Of a stretch of 64,000 nt of DNA, positions 9,012 to 20,684 are shown piece by piece. Position 1 is the stretch's first letter, and each line of letters opens with the position of its first letter. Source of the stretch: an uncultured delta proteobacterium (GTDB lineage: Bacteria > Desulfobacterota > Desulfobacteria > Desulfobacterales > Desulfosalsimonadaceae); contig CAWGYD010000006.1 in NCBI GenBank assembly GCA_963826785.1, positions 864,001 through 928,000 on the forward strand, in the 5' to 3' direction. The translations under genes were made by a program, and so were the position numbers. The notes beneath the pieces were generated by a model. That model was given only the letters and a program-made list of their open reading frames with translations, was not told the origin of the DNA and did no database searches.

Positions 9012-10049
9012 ATGGCATACCGTCAATTACCCATCGCACCCCATTTTGATCCGGAAAAGGTTGGCGCCGTGTGGCGGGTGGCCTATCAGGAGCGCGCCGC
9101 AGAGGCTGAAAAATGGGCACGGCGGCATAACATGACGCCGGCCGCTGCGGATGATTTCAAAATTTCCCTGCTGCTGGTGGACGTGCAGAACACGTTCTGC
9201 CTGCCGGATTTTGAACTGTTCGTCGCCGGATCTTCCGGAAGCGCAGCCGTTGAGGATAATCAGCGGCTTTGTGCGTTCATTTACCGCCATCTGCACCTGC
9301 TGACGAAGATTTCGCCCACCATGGACACGCACCAGGCCGCCCAGGTATTTCACAGCGTCTTTCTGGTCAACGGAGAGGGGGCCCATCCGGAGCCGTTTAC
9401 GGTGATTACGGCAGAAGAGGTGGAATCGGGCGCATGGAAATTCAACGCGCAGCTGGGACAAACGCTTGGCATCGATCCGGCCTATGGCCAGCAGTACCTG
9501 CGCCATTATGTCCGGGCGCTCAAGCAGGGGAAAAAATATGATCTTACCATCTGGCCGTATCATGCCATGCTCGGGGGGATCGGCCATGCCCTGGTTTCCG
9601 CGGTGGAAGAGGCGGTCTTTTTTCATTCCATGGCCCGGCTCAGCCAGACGGATTTTCAGATCAAGGGGAAAAATCCCCTGACGGAAAACTATTCGGTGGT
9701 AAGCCCCGAGGTGGATACGGATCAGCAGGGAAAGTCGATTGCGGAAAAAAATGTGCACCTGGTGCGCAGGCTGCAGGAATTCGATGCGGTCATCATCGCC
9801 GGCCAGGCCAAAAGCCACTGTGTCGCCTGGACCATCGACGATCTGTTGGGTGAACTCAAACGCCAGGGGAAAATGGAACTTGCCGCAAAGATCTACCTGC
9901 TGGAGGACTGCACCTCACCGGTGGTCATTCCCGGGGTGGTGGATTACACGGATGCGGCGGATGCGGCGTTCCGGCGTTTCTCGGATGCGGGTATGCATCT
10001 GGTGAAATCCAGCAACCCCATGGATCAGTGGCCCGGCATGAAATTTTAG
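9012..10049 (+). CDS. Isochorismatase/nicotinamidase-family cysteine hydrolase
   Basis: [37 protein letters not shown]. Confidence 0.85.
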   Translation: MAYRQLPIAPHFDPEKVGAVWRVAYQERAAEAEKWARRHNMTPAAADDFKISLLLVDVQNTFCLPDFELFVAGSSGSAAVEDNQRLCAFIYRHLHLLTKISPTMDTHQAAQVFHSVFLVNGEGAHPEPFTVITAEEVESGAWKFNAQLGQTLGIDPAYGQQYLRHYVRALKQGKKYDLTIWPYHAMLGGIGHALVSAVEEAVFFHSMARLSQTDFQIKGKNPLTENYSVVSPEVDTDQQGKSIAEKNVHLVRRLQEFDAVIIAGQAKSHCVAWTIDDLLGELKRQGKMELAAKIYLLEDCTSPVVIPGVVDYTDAADAAFRRFSDAGMHLVKSSNPMDQWPGMKF

Positions 10050-10516
10050 GACCCGGGTGGGCCCAAAGCCCGGTCCTTTTTGGAAAATTCCGCCCAGGAG
10101 AGGAAAAGGGCCATCAGGAAGAAGGAGATATCCCGGGCAATGGTCCAGTTGTTGATGGGATCTCCGGCATCCACGGAAAAACATCCGCAGTGGATGTTTA
10201 AGCCCCGCGCCAGGTTGAAAACCAGGGCGGTGATAAAGGAGGCCAGCATCAGGGTGCAGACGAGGACCGCACCCGGCATCCACAGGCCGGCGACCAGCAG
10301 CCCGCCCACGACCACCTCCGTCCAGGGAAGCACGATGGCCACCAGGTTGATCAGGACGTCCGGCAGAATCTGGTAGTTGTAAACGGCTTCGGCAAAGGCC
10401 GCCGGATTCAGGATCTTGGGGATACCCGCATAGACGAAAATGCCCCCCAATGCCAAGCGTACCATTAAAACCAGGTATTGAACCCATATGGATGATCTTT
10501 CAGACCGCACCGGCAT
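10046..10516 (-). CDS. DoxX/MauE-family membrane protein
   Basis: [35 protein letters not shown]. Confidence 0.85.
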   Translation of the reverse strand: MPVRSERSSIWVQYLVLMVRLALGGIFVYAGIPKILNPAAFAEAVYNYQILPDVLINLVAIVLPWTEVVVGGLLVAGLWMPGAVLVCTLMLASFITALVFNLARGLNIHCGCFSVDAGDPINNWTIARDISFFLMALFLSWAEFSKKDRALGPPGS

Positions 10517-10518
10517 AT

Positions 10519-11553
10519 TTAGCTCCCACTGGGGTGTACGGGTTTTTCCGGATGGGACCATTCGCACAGCAGGGTGCCGCTCCCGCAATTAACGGTTTCA
10601 AACTGCAGAATGGGATGGTCGATGCCGAAGAGATGAAGCAGTTGATGGCGGATCTTTTCCGCCAGAATTTCCGTTTGGCTCACCAACTGGTCCGGCACGG
10701 TCAGGTGGCAGGAAAACGCCACCCCGCAGCTCCCGGTGTTCCATGCGTGCATGTAGTGAACGGAATCGATCTCGGGCCGGCTTTCCAGGTAGGTCTGAAC
10801 GGCGGGAAGATCCAGTCCCCGGGGCGTGGCGTTCATGAGGATGGCCACCGCTTCGCTCATGACCGTCCAGCAGTTCTTCAAAATAAAGACGGCGATGATA
10901 AACGACAGAATGGGATCCAGAAAATACCAGGGTGCAAACACCAGCACCGCGCCATTGATCAGGACCACCAGCGAGACCAGAAAATCCCCCATCATATGCA
11001 GAAACGCCCCCCGGATATTGAGGTTGTGTTTCGCGTCCCGATGGAGCAGCCAGGCGGAGAACCCGTTTCCGACGATGCCGACCCCGGCAAGGAGCATGAC
11101 GATCTTGCCCGAGACCGGCTCGGGGTGAAAGAGCCGCAGCAGGGCTTCATAGAGGATAAAGGCCACCGCGCAGGTCAGGATCATCACATTGAGCAGCGCA
11201 CCGATCAGTTCGGCCCGCTGATAGCCGAAGGTATGCTGAACGGAGGCCCCTTTCCGCCCGATGCGCAGCGACACCCAGGATACGATGATGGCGGCAAAAT
11301 CGCTGAAGTTGTGAACGGCATCCGATACCAGGGCCACACTGTTGGCCATGATTCCGCCGGCCACCTGGAGCACCGGGATAATGAAATTGATGGCCATGGT
11401 GATCAGCAGCCGGTTTCCATTCACCTCTGCGTGCCGGTGAGAATGGGCGGCATGAAAATGGCTTCGGGCCTCTGGTTCCGGATGCGGATGCTGGCAGCCG
11501 CAAGGAATACGTTCTTCCATTGAATGATCCGTCATTTTCTGCTTGGTTCTCAT
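10519..11553 (-). CDS. Cation diffusion facilitator (CzcD/ZitB-like)
   Basis: His-rich N-terminus, SDAVHNFSD, TFGYQRAE, FLHMMGD, HYMHAW; ATGA overlap with the upstream gene. Confidence 0.9.
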   Translation of the reverse strand: MRTKQKMTDHSMEERIPCGCQHPHPEPEARSHFHAAHSHRHAEVNGNRLLITMAINFIIPVLQVAGGIMANSVALVSDAVHNFSDFAAIIVSWVSLRIGRKGASVQHTFGYQRAELIGALLNVMILTCAVAFILYEALLRLFHPEPVSGKIVMLLAGVGIVGNGFSAWLLHRDAKHNLNIRGAFLHMMGDFLVSLVVLINGAVLVFAPWYFLDPILSFIIAVFILKNCWTVMSEAVAILMNATPRGLDLPAVQTYLESRPEIDSVHYMHAWNTGSCGVAFSCHLTVPDQLVSQTEILAEKIRHQLLHLFGIDHPILQFETVNCGSGTLLCEWSHPEKPVHPSGS

Positions 11554-12029
11554 GCGCCCGGAAGCTCCACCGGCAGGTTGAATTTCTTCCACGTGGACCA
11601 GCCGTTGTTGATGGGACGGACATTTTCAAAGCCAAGATCCCTTAGAAAAAGGGCCAGCTTATCGCACAGGTCGCAGGTGGCGCCGTCGCAGTAGGTGATG
11701 ACGGTCTTTTCTTCGGGGATCTGCTGGGCCACTTCAATGAAATCTTCTTCCGCGCGGTTCCATGGAAGGTTTAACGCGCCTTTGATGTGCCCCTTGCGGT
11801 ACTGGTCCGCCGGACGCGCATCCAGAAAGATGGCCTGTCCCCGGTTAAAAAGGGTTTTGGCCTCATAGATGGAAATGGGGGACAGGCCGTTTTCGGATGC
11901 GTGCTCGTTGGCCATGGTATTGCCCCAGTTGCAAAACAGGGGCAGGGGATGGCTGCGGACCTGGTTGAAGCAGAGGCCCAGGACCAGGGCCAGGGACAAT
12001 ATGAAGAACATCTGCGAAACAATTTTCAT
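11550..12029 (-). CDS. Membrane-anchored rhodanese-like domain protein
   Basis: FLDAR, GHIKGALNLP, ITYCDGATC, GWSTW. Confidence 0.9.
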   Translation of the reverse strand: MKIVSQMFFILSLALVLGLCFNQVRSHPLPLFCNWGNTMANEHASENGLSPISIYEAKTLFNRGQAIFLDARPADQYRKGHIKGALNLPWNRAEEDFIEVAQQIPEEKTVITYCDGATCDLCDKLALFLRDLGFENVRPINNGWSTWKKFNLPVELPGA

Positions 12030-12213
12030 GAATTCAAACCGCAGGATGATGCGTGAAGTACAAAACGGTGAAAGAACAGGTTTTACAGTTGAGGTGATAT
12101 AACCATCAACCCGGGGGCGCTGTCAAGTCCCGCAAGTTGTATTCGGCATCTTTTTTGTGTATGGTATCCGGAATGGATTTTAAATTCGGGGATGGAAGAA
12201 AACAGGAGAAAAC

Positions 12214-13308
12214 ATGACCATGGATTGCCGGCATATGCGACCCATCTGGCTGGATGCGCAAACGGATGCGGTAAAAATCATCGACCAGCGGCGGCTGCCC
12301 CATGAATTTGTCACCATGACCCTTGAAACCATAGACGATGTGATCGTCGCCATCAGGGAAATGTGCGTGCGGGGCGCACCCCTGATCGGGGTGACCGGCG
12401 CCTACGGCATGTTCATCGCCGCCCGGACGCAGGGAAATGCTGCAGCGCCCGCGTTTCTGGCCGAAGCGGCCGACAGGCTCAAGGCCGCCCGTCCCACCGC
12501 GGTGAACCTTGCATGGGCGGTGGACCGGGTCTGTTCTGTACTTTCGGGGGAGAAGGGCCCGTCCGGCCGCATCGATGCCGCGCGCCGCACCGCCGCTGAT
12601 ATCGCGGAAGAAGAGGTGGAAAACTCGCGCAAAATCGGAGAATTCGGCCTGGAACTGATCCGGGAAATTGCCACCAAAAAAAACGGGCCGGTGCAGATCC
12701 TGACCCACTGCAATGCCGGGGCGCTGGCCTGCATCGAGTACGGAACGGCCACGGCCCCCATGTATGCGGCCCATGATGCCGGCCTGGACGTGCATGTGTG
12801 GGTGGATGAAACCCGACCCTTAAACCAGGGCTCCCGCCTGACCGCCTGGGAACTGCTCCAGCGGGGGGTGCCCCACACCGTGATCACGGACAATGCGGGG
12901 GGCCACCTGATGCAGCATGATCAAGTCGACCTGGTGATCGTGGGAACCGACCGGACCACCTGCACCGGAGATGTGGCCAACAAGATCGGGACCTACTTAA
13001 AAGCCCTGGCGGCGAAAGACAACCAAATCCCTTTTTACGTGGCGCTGCCGTCTTCCACTTTCGACTGGGAAATCAGAGACGGCCTGGCGGACATTCCCAT
13101 CGAACAGCGGGACGCAGACGAGGTCCGGTATATGCCTGGAAAACCCAAGACCCCCGATAACCTGCTGGTGCCGGAATCCAGCCCGGCGGCCAATTACGCC
13201 TTTGACGTGACCCCGGCCCGGCTGGTGACCGGTTTCATCACCGAACGGGGAATCTGCAGGGCCGCTGAAGACGATATCCGGCGGCTGTTTCCGGACAGGC
13301 TCCGGTAG
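12214..13308 (+). CDS. mtnA: S-methyl-5-thioribose-1-phosphate isomerase
   Basis: VRGAPLIG, ARPTAVNL, LTHCNAG, DETRPLNQGSRLTAWEL, NKIGTY, FDVTP. Confidence 0.95.
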   Translation: MTMDCRHMRPIWLDAQTDAVKIIDQRRLPHEFVTMTLETIDDVIVAIREMCVRGAPLIGVTGAYGMFIAARTQGNAAAPAFLAEAADRLKAARPTAVNLAWAVDRVCSVLSGEKGPSGRIDAARRTAADIAEEEVENSRKIGEFGLELIREIATKKNGPVQILTHCNAGALACIEYGTATAPMYAAHDAGLDVHVWVDETRPLNQGSRLTAWELLQRGVPHTVITDNAGGHLMQHDQVDLVIVGTDRTTCTGDVANKIGTYLKALAAKDNQIPFYVALPSSTFDWEIRDGLADIPIEQRDADEVRYMPGKPKTPDNLLVPESSPAANYAFDVTPARLVTGFITERGICRAAEDDIRRLFPDRLR

Positions 13309-13367
13309 AACAGCCGCTGCCTTGAAATCACTTGACTTTTAAATGACGGGACAGGTAGAAACGCCCT

Positions 13368-13862
13368 ATGCTGACGGATCTGGAGAAAAAAATAATCGCA
13401 AACATTCAGGGGGACATGCCGGTGTGCCCGCGCCCCTACCTGGAAATCGCCCAAAAACTGGAAATTGACGAGGAAACGGTCCTTTCCGTGCTCGCCGATC
13501 TTCAGCAGCGGGGGATCATCCGCCGGTTTGGAGCCACCCTGAAGCATCAGAATTCGGGATTTGCCGTCAACGCCATGATCGCCTGGCGGGTGGATGAAGA
13601 CCGGGTGGAAGAAGTGGGCAGCACGATGGCCGGCTTTGACCGGATCACCCACTGCTATCGGCGAAACCCGTCCGGAGAGTGGCCTTATAACCTGTATACC
13701 ATGGTGCATGCCGCCGACCGGGAAGAGTTTCAGAAAATCGCCGAAGCCGTGGCGGAGAAGACCGGTGTATCCGATTATGCCATCCTGTTTTCGAAAAGAG
13801 AACTCAAGAAAACCTCCATGCAGTATTTCGATGATGATCCGGATTTTTCGGACCCGGATTGA
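13368..13862 (+). CDS. ahbB: Siroheme decarboxylase subunit (Lrp/AsnC fold, AhbB/NirH-like)
   Basis: IIRRFGATLKH, NAMIAWRV, THCYRR, WPYNLYTMVHA, ELKKTSMQY. Confidence 0.8.
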   Translation: MLTDLEKKIIANIQGDMPVCPRPYLEIAQKLEIDEETVLSVLADLQQRGIIRRFGATLKHQNSGFAVNAMIAWRVDEDRVEEVGSTMAGFDRITHCYRRNPSGEWPYNLYTMVHAADREEFQKIAEAVAEKTGVSDYAILFSKRELKKTSMQYFDDDPDFSDPD

Positions 13863-15212
13863 TCGGTTGCCCGAGGCGCCCCTTGCCCCACATCCTGTTT
13901 GTCAACCCCTGGATTTACGACTTTGCCGCCTATGATGTATGGGCCAAGCCGACAGGCTTGCTCACGCTGGCGGCCCTGGCCCGTCAGCACGGGGTCGAAG
14001 TCTCCTTTATCGACTGCCTGGACCGATTCCATCCCAATGCCCCGAAGGATGATCCCCATAAGCGCCATGGCCGCGGCCCCTATGTGAAGACCCCGGTGCC
14101 CAAGCCCGCCTCCCTTGCCGCTGTGCGCCGCACCTATTCCCGCTACGGCATCCCCCGCCAGTGGTTTCGTCAGGATCTGGCGGCCCTTCCCGCACCGGAC
14201 CTGGTCATGGTCACCGGCCTGATGACCTATTGGTATCCGGGGGTGGTGGACACCATTGGGCAGATCAAGAAGGTTTATCCGGACGTACCGGTGGTGCTGG
14301 GCGGCATCTATGCCAGCCTTTGCCGCGAACATGCGAAGATTCATTCCGGGGCGGACCGGGTCATTTCCGGTTCAGGCGAGAGCGGCCATGTTCGAGGTTC
14401 TTGCGGAAATGCTCGGTTTTAAATGCAGCCGGTCATTTGATCCGGATGATCTGAACACCTTCCCGTATCCGGCCTATGACCTCGCGCACGCCATCACCTG
14501 CGTGCCGCTGATGACCTCCCGGGGATGCCCCTTTTCCTGCGATTACTGCGCTTCCCGTCTCCTTGCGCCCAGGCGCATGGTCCGGTCCGCCGGCAATGTG
14601 GCCGAAGAGATCCGGTTCTGGCACCATCGATACGGTGTGTCTAATTTCGTGTTTTATGACGATGCCCTGCTGATGGATGCCGAAAACCACATCATTCCCC
14701 TGCTGGAAGAAGTGATCGCCTCCGGCATGAAGGTCTCCTTTCACACCCCCAACGCCGTTCATATCCGGCCCATCACCCGGAAACTGGCGCAGCTGATGTT
14801 TAACGCCGGGTTTGAAACACTTCGCCTGGGGCTGGAGAGTTCGGATTTTGAAGGCCGGGAAATGGATTGCAAGGTCAAACAGGAGGAATTTTTCCGGGCG
14901 GCATCCCACCTGAAGGAAGCCGGTTTTCGGAAAAATCAGGTGGGGGCATATCTGCTGGCCGGGTTGCCGGGGCAGGATCTTTCCGCGCTGGAGGCGTCCA
15001 TCCGGGCGGTCCATGCCGCCGGCCTCACCCCCGTTCCGGCCTGGTATACACCCATCCCGGGGACCCCCATGTGGGAGAAAGCCGTGGCCGCCTCCCGCTA
15101 CGACATCGCAGCCGACCCCGTGCTCACCAACAACGCAATCATGCCCTGCCAGGCCGAGGATTTCGACTGGGGGGTGCTGTCTAAAATCAAGGATCTGGTG
15201 AAGGGCGGTTGA
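13859..15212 (+). pseudogene. B12-binding radical SAM protein split by a +1 frameshift near 14381
   Basis: Upstream frame has the cobalamin-binding part (VNPWIYDFAAYD, PVVLGGIYASL); downstream frame has SRGCPFSCDYC. Junction reads GGC GAG a GCG GCC ATG. Confidence 0.75.
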
Positions 15213-15231
15213 TCTGCGTCTTGAAACCAAA

Positions 15232-15273
15232 AAGGGCACGAAGATGTATCTATGTCTTTACCTTCGTGCCCTT
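15232..15273. terminator. Inverted repeat between convergent genes
   Basis: aagggcacgaag / cttcgtgccctt, 12-bp arms with a long loop. Confidence 0.5.
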
Positions 15274-15333
15274 CCTGGTGGATTTTTGATTATCTGAAAG
15301 AAGTTCTTTTTTACACTTTGGAGAAGTTATTTT

Positions 15334-17361
15334 TTACTTCCGTTTCAGCAGCGTCAGGGCGGTCTCAGTGATGTTTTCGGCGGTGAAACCGAAGTTTTTC
15401 AGCACCGTTCCCCCCGGGGCGGAAGCGCCGAAGGTGGTGATGCCGATGACCTTTCCGGAATCGCCCACATATTTCTCCCATCCCATGGGCAGGGCCGCCT
15501 CGACGGCGATCCGGGCCTTGACGGCCGGCGGAAGGACGCTGTCCCGGTAGTCCTGCGTCTGTTTTTCAAACAGCTCCCATGAAGGCATGCTCACCACCCG
15601 CACCTTGATTCCCTTTTCCGTCAGCTGCTGTTTTGCGGCCAGGCTGATGTGGATTTCCGACCCGGTGGCAATCAGGATCAACCCGGGTGCGCCCTCGCAG
15701 TCCGAAAGCACATAAGCCCCTTTTTCCAGCAGGTCCGCGGCCGGATACGTTTTTCGGTCCAGTACGGGCAGGTTCTGACGGCTCAATGCCAGCACGATGG
15801 GGGCGTTATCCGTTTTCATGGCCAGGTGCCATGCGGCGGCGGTTTCCGTGGCATCGGCCGGCCGGATCACCGTCAGGCCCGGAATGCACCGCAGGGAGGC
15901 CAGGTGCTCCACCGGCTGGTGGGTGGGGCCGTCTTCCCCCACGGCGATGCTGTCATGGGTGAATACATAGATGACCGGCTGCTTCATCAGGGCGGCCAGG
16001 CGGATGGACGGCCGCATGTAGTCGGCGAAAATGAGAAAGGTCCCCCCATAGGGGCGAACGCCCTTGTGCAGGCAAAGCCCGTTTAAAATGGCGCCCATGG
16101 CATGTTCCCGGACCCCGAAGCGGATGTTGCGGCCGGTATAGCTGACTTTCTGGAAATCGGTGGATGCCTGGATATAGGTGTTGTTGGAAGGCGCCAGGTC
16201 GGCGGACCCGCCCATGAGGGACGGCACCCGGGTGGCAATGGCATTTAATGCGATGCCGGAAGCCTTGCGGGTGGCCATGGGGCCGTCCTTGGGATAAAAC
16301 TGCGGAATTGCCCCTTCCAGCGCATCCTTGAAGTCGCCGCGGATGGCCGCGGTCAGCTGTGTAAACAGGTCTGCATGGGCCTTTTCGTATGCGGCAACAC
16401 GATCCTTCCAGTCGGATTCCAGGCGGGCGCCGTTCTCTATGGCGCGGCGGCAGTGATTCAGCGCCGCATCGGGTACGCAGAAATCATCGGGGGCGCATCC
16501 CAGGCACTGCTTGGTCAGGCGGACCTCATCCACCCCCAGGGGAGCGCCGTGGGCATCGGCCGATCCCTGCTTGTTGGGGCTGCCATAGGCGATCTGTGTC
16601 TTTAAGATAATCAGGGAGGGTCTTTCCGTCTCTTTCTGCGCCGCTTCTATGGCCTCTCCGATGGCGTTCGCGTCGTTTCCGTCGGAAACGGTCAGCACCT
16701 GCCAGTTGTACGCCTGGAACCGCAGCGCCACATTTTCGGTGAAGGCGATGCCGGTGCTCCCCTCGATGGAGATGCCGTTGTCGTCATAGAGGCAGATCAG
16801 TCCGGAAAGCCCGAGATGCCCGGCCAGAGAAGCGGCCTCCCCGGAAATCCCTTCCATCATGTCGCCGTCGCCGCACATCACATAGGTGAAATGATCGATA
16901 ATATCGTGGTCCGGCCGGTTGTACAGGGATGCCAGGTGGCGTTCGGCCATGGCCATGCCCACGGCCGTGGCAAATCCCTGGCCCAGCGGGCCGGTGGTGG
17001 TCTCCACCCCCGGGGTGTGGCCGTATTCGGGATGGCCCGGGGTCTTGCTCCCCCATTGCCGGAAATTCTGCAGGTCGTCCAGGGAAAGGCCGTACCCGGT
17101 GAGATAGAGCAGGCTGTAAAGGAGCATGGAAGCATGCCCGCCCGACAGCACGAACCGGTCCCGGTTCATCCAGCCCGGATTTTTCGGGTTGTGCCGCAGG
17201 TATTTCGTCCACAGCACATAGGCGGCCGGCGCCAGCCCCATGGGGGCCCCGGGGTGGCCGGAATTGGCCTTTTGAATCGCATCCATGGAAAGGGTGCGGA
17301 TGGTGTTGATGCATAGCCTGTCCAGATCTGCCCCGGTGCCGGCCGCACATTCAGTGTTCAT
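15334..17361 (-). CDS. tkt: Transketolase
   Basis: [53 protein letters not shown]. Confidence 0.98.
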   Translation of the reverse strand: MNTECAAGTGADLDRLCINTIRTLSMDAIQKANSGHPGAPMGLAPAAYVLWTKYLRHNPKNPGWMNRDRFVLSGGHASMLLYSLLYLTGYGLSLDDLQNFRQWGSKTPGHPEYGHTPGVETTTGPLGQGFATAVGMAMAERHLASLYNRPDHDIIDHFTYVMCGDGDMMEGISGEAASLAGHLGLSGLICLYDDNGISIEGSTGIAFTENVALRFQAYNWQVLTVSDGNDANAIGEAIEAAQKETERPSLIILKTQIAYGSPNKQGSADAHGAPLGVDEVRLTKQCLGCAPDDFCVPDAALNHCRRAIENGARLESDWKDRVAAYEKAHADLFTQLTAAIRGDFKDALEGAIPQFYPKDGPMATRKASGIALNAIATRVPSLMGGSADLAPSNNTYIQASTDFQKVSYTGRNIRFGVREHAMGAILNGLCLHKGVRPYGGTFLIFADYMRPSIRLAALMKQPVIYVFTHDSIAVGEDGPTHQPVEHLASLRCIPGLTVIRPADATETAAAWHLAMKTDNAPIVLALSRQNLPVLDRKTYPAADLLEKGAYVLSDCEGAPGLILIATGSEIHISLAAKQQLTEKGIKVRVVSMPSWELFEKQTQDYRDSVLPPAVKARIAVEAALPMGWEKYVGDSGKVIGITTFGASAPGGTVLKNFGFTAENITETALTLLKRK

Positions 17362-17387
17362 GATGTCTGCTCCTTTTGATTAAAATT

Positions 17388-18257
17388 CTATAGGGCTCTT
17401 AGAAACTCCGGCTTGAGGCTGACCTTTCCGGCCAGTGCATCGTCGATCAGTTTCAAGGTTTTTTGTTTGTCCTCGGGCAGCCGGGCCCGGATGGGAAGAT
17501 AGTTGGAGGCGTGGTTGGCGTGAAAAAGGCCGCCCGAAAGATCGGTATGGGCGATCATGGTTCGCAGTTCGGACAGCATTTCCTGGGCGGAAAGCAGGGG
17601 GAAGGTGCCCGCGGCATATTCGTCGTGAAGTTCGGTGCCCGGGATCAGCATGAGGCTCAACGCCCCCACGTATTCCGGATCGATGGCCGACAGCACCTTT
17701 CCCGTTTCTTCGGCATGGGTGCGGGAGCGCTCCCTGCCGGCAATTCCCAGCAGTACCGTGACGGAAAGTGCGATGCCCGCTTTGCGGATTTTCTGGCCCA
17801 TGTCGATCATGGCCTGGGCGGCAGCCCCTTTGCGGATGTGCGTCAATGTCTCGTCATCGCCGCTCTCCAGTCCCAGGTAGGCGATCTTGATCCCGTGGCG
17901 CCGCAGTTCGGAAAGTTCCGCCTCCGTCTTCATCTTGATGCTCTTGGTATTGGCATATACGCCCACCCGGCGGACCCAGGGGAGCTGCTTTTCAATTTCC
18001 TGCAAAATGGTGAGCAGCCGCTTCTGGGGAATGATCAGGGCGTCGCCGTCGCAGATGAACAGCCGGTCCTGCCTCCGGCAGTGGGCGGCGGCAAAGGCGA
18101 TGTCCTCCATGATGATGTCATCGGACTTGATCTTGAAGCGCTCCCCCTTGTAGGTGCCGCAGAAGGTGCACTTGTTGTGGGAGCAGCCCACGGTGGCCTG
18201 AAGCAGAATGCTGTCCGCTTCACTGGGCGGCCTGATGATAAACCCTTCGTAATGCAT
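17388..18257 (-). CDS. Radical SAM protein
   Basis: IIRPPSEA, GCSHNKCTFC, NHASNYL. Confidence 0.9.
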   Translation of the reverse strand: MHYEGFIIRPPSEADSILLQATVGCSHNKCTFCGTYKGERFKIKSDDIIMEDIAFAAAHCRRQDRLFICDGDALIIPQKRLLTILQEIEKQLPWVRRVGVYANTKSIKMKTEAELSELRRHGIKIAYLGLESGDDETLTHIRKGAAAQAMIDMGQKIRKAGIALSVTVLLGIAGRERSRTHAEETGKVLSAIDPEYVGALSLMLIPGTELHDEYAAGTFPLLSAQEMLSELRTMIAHTDLSGGLFHANHASNYLPIRARLPEDKQKTLKLIDDALAGKVSLKPEFLRAL

Positions 18258-18585
18258 ATTTAACTCCGTTTGGGCGGATCAACCGCTTGAAATGGAAGGC
18301 GATTAAATTAGATTAACTATTTATAAACATTAAAAAATATAATTATCATACCATTTGATTCAAGTCTTTTTAGCCTGAAATGGAATCGAATTTCAACCCT
18401 TTATTGAGATCCGCGCCTGATGCGGGTGAAAAGCGGATGCGTTTCCGCCTGCCTTCAAATGATACATCACATATCGTTCGCAAATACGCACATGACCGTA
18501 TTTACATCATTTAAAATTATGGCCATTATGTCATGGTGATATCTAATGGAACTCGAAGGCGCAAACACGGGTCGATGGGGCAAAG

Positions 18586-19812
18586 GTGATGAACCCGCTG
18601 TCAAAAGCATATAACAGCCTCGGCGTAAACCGGACTATCCTTGCGCTGTCTTTCGCGCGCATGGGAGACGGCATCGGCAACAGCATTCTGTTTGTGCTCA
18701 TTCCCCTTTACGTGGTTCAGATCCCCGAAGAATTCATCCACCTGCCCAAAGAACTGCTCATCGGCGTGCTCATCTCCGTGTACGGTTTTGCCAATGCCCT
18801 GCTGCAGCCCTTCATGGCTGCATTGAGCGACCGGATCGGCCATTACAAACGGATTATCCAGGCCGGACTGCTGGTGATTTCCCTTGCCACCCTGGGTTTT
18901 ATTCTGGCAAACCGCTATGTGGACATTCTGGGCCTGCGCATCGCCCAGGGGCTGGGGCTGGCCATGGAGATCCCGCCCACCCTGGCGCTTTTGGGATTGA
19001 TGACCCGGAAGGAGACCCGGGGCAGCGCCATGGGCTTTTTCACCACCATGCGCATGATGGGGCTGGCCATCGGACCGCTGGTGGGCGGATTTCTTCATGA
19101 CCGCCTGGGGTTTAACGCCGCATTTATCTTCGGCGCGGGGGTGCTCCTGCTGTCTTTGATCGCAGTCGAGTTCGGCGTGGAAAATGTCAAGGCGCCAGAG
19201 GATGCCCGCTGCACACCGGTGGTGGATCTTTCCGTTTTAAACCGGGGCATCCTGAGCGTTGCCATCGCCACCTTCCTGGTGGCCACCGCGTTTACCCTGG
19301 TGACCACACTGGAAAACGAGATCAACAGCCGGCTGGGCATCAGGGCTTTCGGGTTCGGCATCGCCTTCAGTGCGCTGATGGTAAGCCGTCTGCTGTTTCA
19401 GGTTCCCATCGGCCGCCTGTCGGACCGGTTAGGCCGCAAGCCGTTTGTCCTGGGGGGATTGCTGCTGCTGGCGCCGGTGACCGCATTATTGGGGGAGATG
19501 ACCGCCCTGTGGCAGTTTGTGGCGATTCGGCTGGTGCAGGGTCTGGCCGCGGGCGCCATTGTGGCCCCCGCATTGGCCTTTGCCGGAGACATGGCCGAGC
19601 AGGGAAATCAAAAGGCCCGGAGCCGCCAGATGAGCATCGTCACCATGGGGTTCGGGTTCGGCATCGCCTTCGGACCGCTCATGGCCGGCTTTCTGGCCAT
19701 ATTCTTCTTCGAACTGCCGTTCTGGGTGGACGGGGCGCTCTGCCTGGCCGGCAGCGTTCTCGTATACCGGTATATGACCGAAACCGTCGAAAAATCTGGC
19801 AGGCGAACCTGA
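18586..19812 (+). CDS. MFS transporter
   Basis: About 12 TM segments; motif A variants LSDRIG and GRLSDRLGRK. Confidence 0.9.
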   Translation: MMNPLSKAYNSLGVNRTILALSFARMGDGIGNSILFVLIPLYVVQIPEEFIHLPKELLIGVLISVYGFANALLQPFMAALSDRIGHYKRIIQAGLLVISLATLGFILANRYVDILGLRIAQGLGLAMEIPPTLALLGLMTRKETRGSAMGFFTTMRMMGLAIGPLVGGFLHDRLGFNAAFIFGAGVLLLSLIAVEFGVENVKAPEDARCTPVVDLSVLNRGILSVAIATFLVATAFTLVTTLENEINSRLGIRAFGFGIAFSALMVSRLLFQVPIGRLSDRLGRKPFVLGGLLLLAPVTALLGEMTALWQFVAIRLVQGLAAGAIVAPALAFAGDMAEQGNQKARSRQMSIVTMGFGFGIAFGPLMAGFLAIFFFELPFWVDGALCLAGSVLVYRYMTETVEKSGRRT

Positions 19813-19959
19813 CCGCCCGGTAAAAAAAATTGTTTTCGGTGCGGTGTCGCTTCGGTATAACGATTGTGCATCGCGTCGGCCATGCAATCTGTCGATACCG
19901 GAGCCGGCGGTTTTTGAATCAAGCCGCTGGACGCATTATCCCCTCAACCTAAAAAGGAG

Positions 19960-20673
19960 GTGCAAATCGTGCATTATATTCCCGTGCCGCTGTCAATTTT
20001 AACCGGATTGATCCTTTTTTTCGTATTTGTCATCTTTTTAATTGAAATCCGGATACTGGGGTATGCATATGAAAAAATCGGCATCGAACGGCATTATGCA
20101 TATCTTCTGCTGTTTCTTTCGCTTGTGGGCGGCTACATCAATATTCCGCTCTACCAGCTTCCCCCGGAAAAAGTGATGGCCGGCGGCACGGCTACCTGGT
20201 TTGGAATGAATTACATCATCCCCTATGTTAGCGAATGGCCGGGTGCGATCATCGCCGTAAACCTCGGGGGGGCGGTGATCCCCACGATGCTCTCCATCTA
20301 CCTGATCATCCGCAACCGGCTGTTTGTTTCCGGATTTATCGGCGTTTTGGTGATGACGGTGATTATTCACATGCTGGCCCATCCGGTCCGGGGGGTGGGC
20401 ATCGCCGTGCCCACCCTGCTTCCGCCCGTGGCCGCCACCCTGGTGGCGGTCCTGCTTTCTTTCCGGTATGCGCCGGCCCTGGCGTATATCTCCGGCACCC
20501 TGGGGACCCTCATCGGCGCCGACCTGCTCAATCTCGGCAGGATTCAGGGACTGGGCGCGCCCGTGGCTTCCATCGGCGGCGCGGGGACGTATGACGGGAT
20601 TTTTCTGACCGGCATACTGGCGGTGCTGCTGGCCAGCCTGTTTGTTCCGGGCAGGGTTCGAAAAAAGGCATGA
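19960..20673 (+). CDS. DUF1614-family membrane protein
   Basis: INIPL, IAVNLGGAVIP, GTLIGADLLNL, SIGGAGTYDGIFLTG. Confidence 0.85.
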   Translation: MQIVHYIPVPLSILTGLILFFVFVIFLIEIRILGYAYEKIGIERHYAYLLLFLSLVGGYINIPLYQLPPEKVMAGGTATWFGMNYIIPYVSEWPGAIIAVNLGGAVIPTMLSIYLIIRNRLFVSGFIGVLVMTVIIHMLAHPVRGVGIAVPTLLPPVAATLVAVLLSFRYAPALAYISGTLGTLIGADLLNLGRIQGLGAPVASIGGAGTYDGIFLTGILAVLLASLFVPGRVRKKA

Positions 20674-20684
20674 GTGCCATTGTA

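Noticed and set aside
13368..13862. ahbB without an adjacent ahbA
   Set aside because: Dispersed ahb genes are unremarkable; the partner may lie outside the window.
18558..18585. c-di-GMP-I-like words (GCAAAC...GGCAAAG) before the MFS gene
   Set aside because: No GNRA-capped P2 stem or P3 can be formed.
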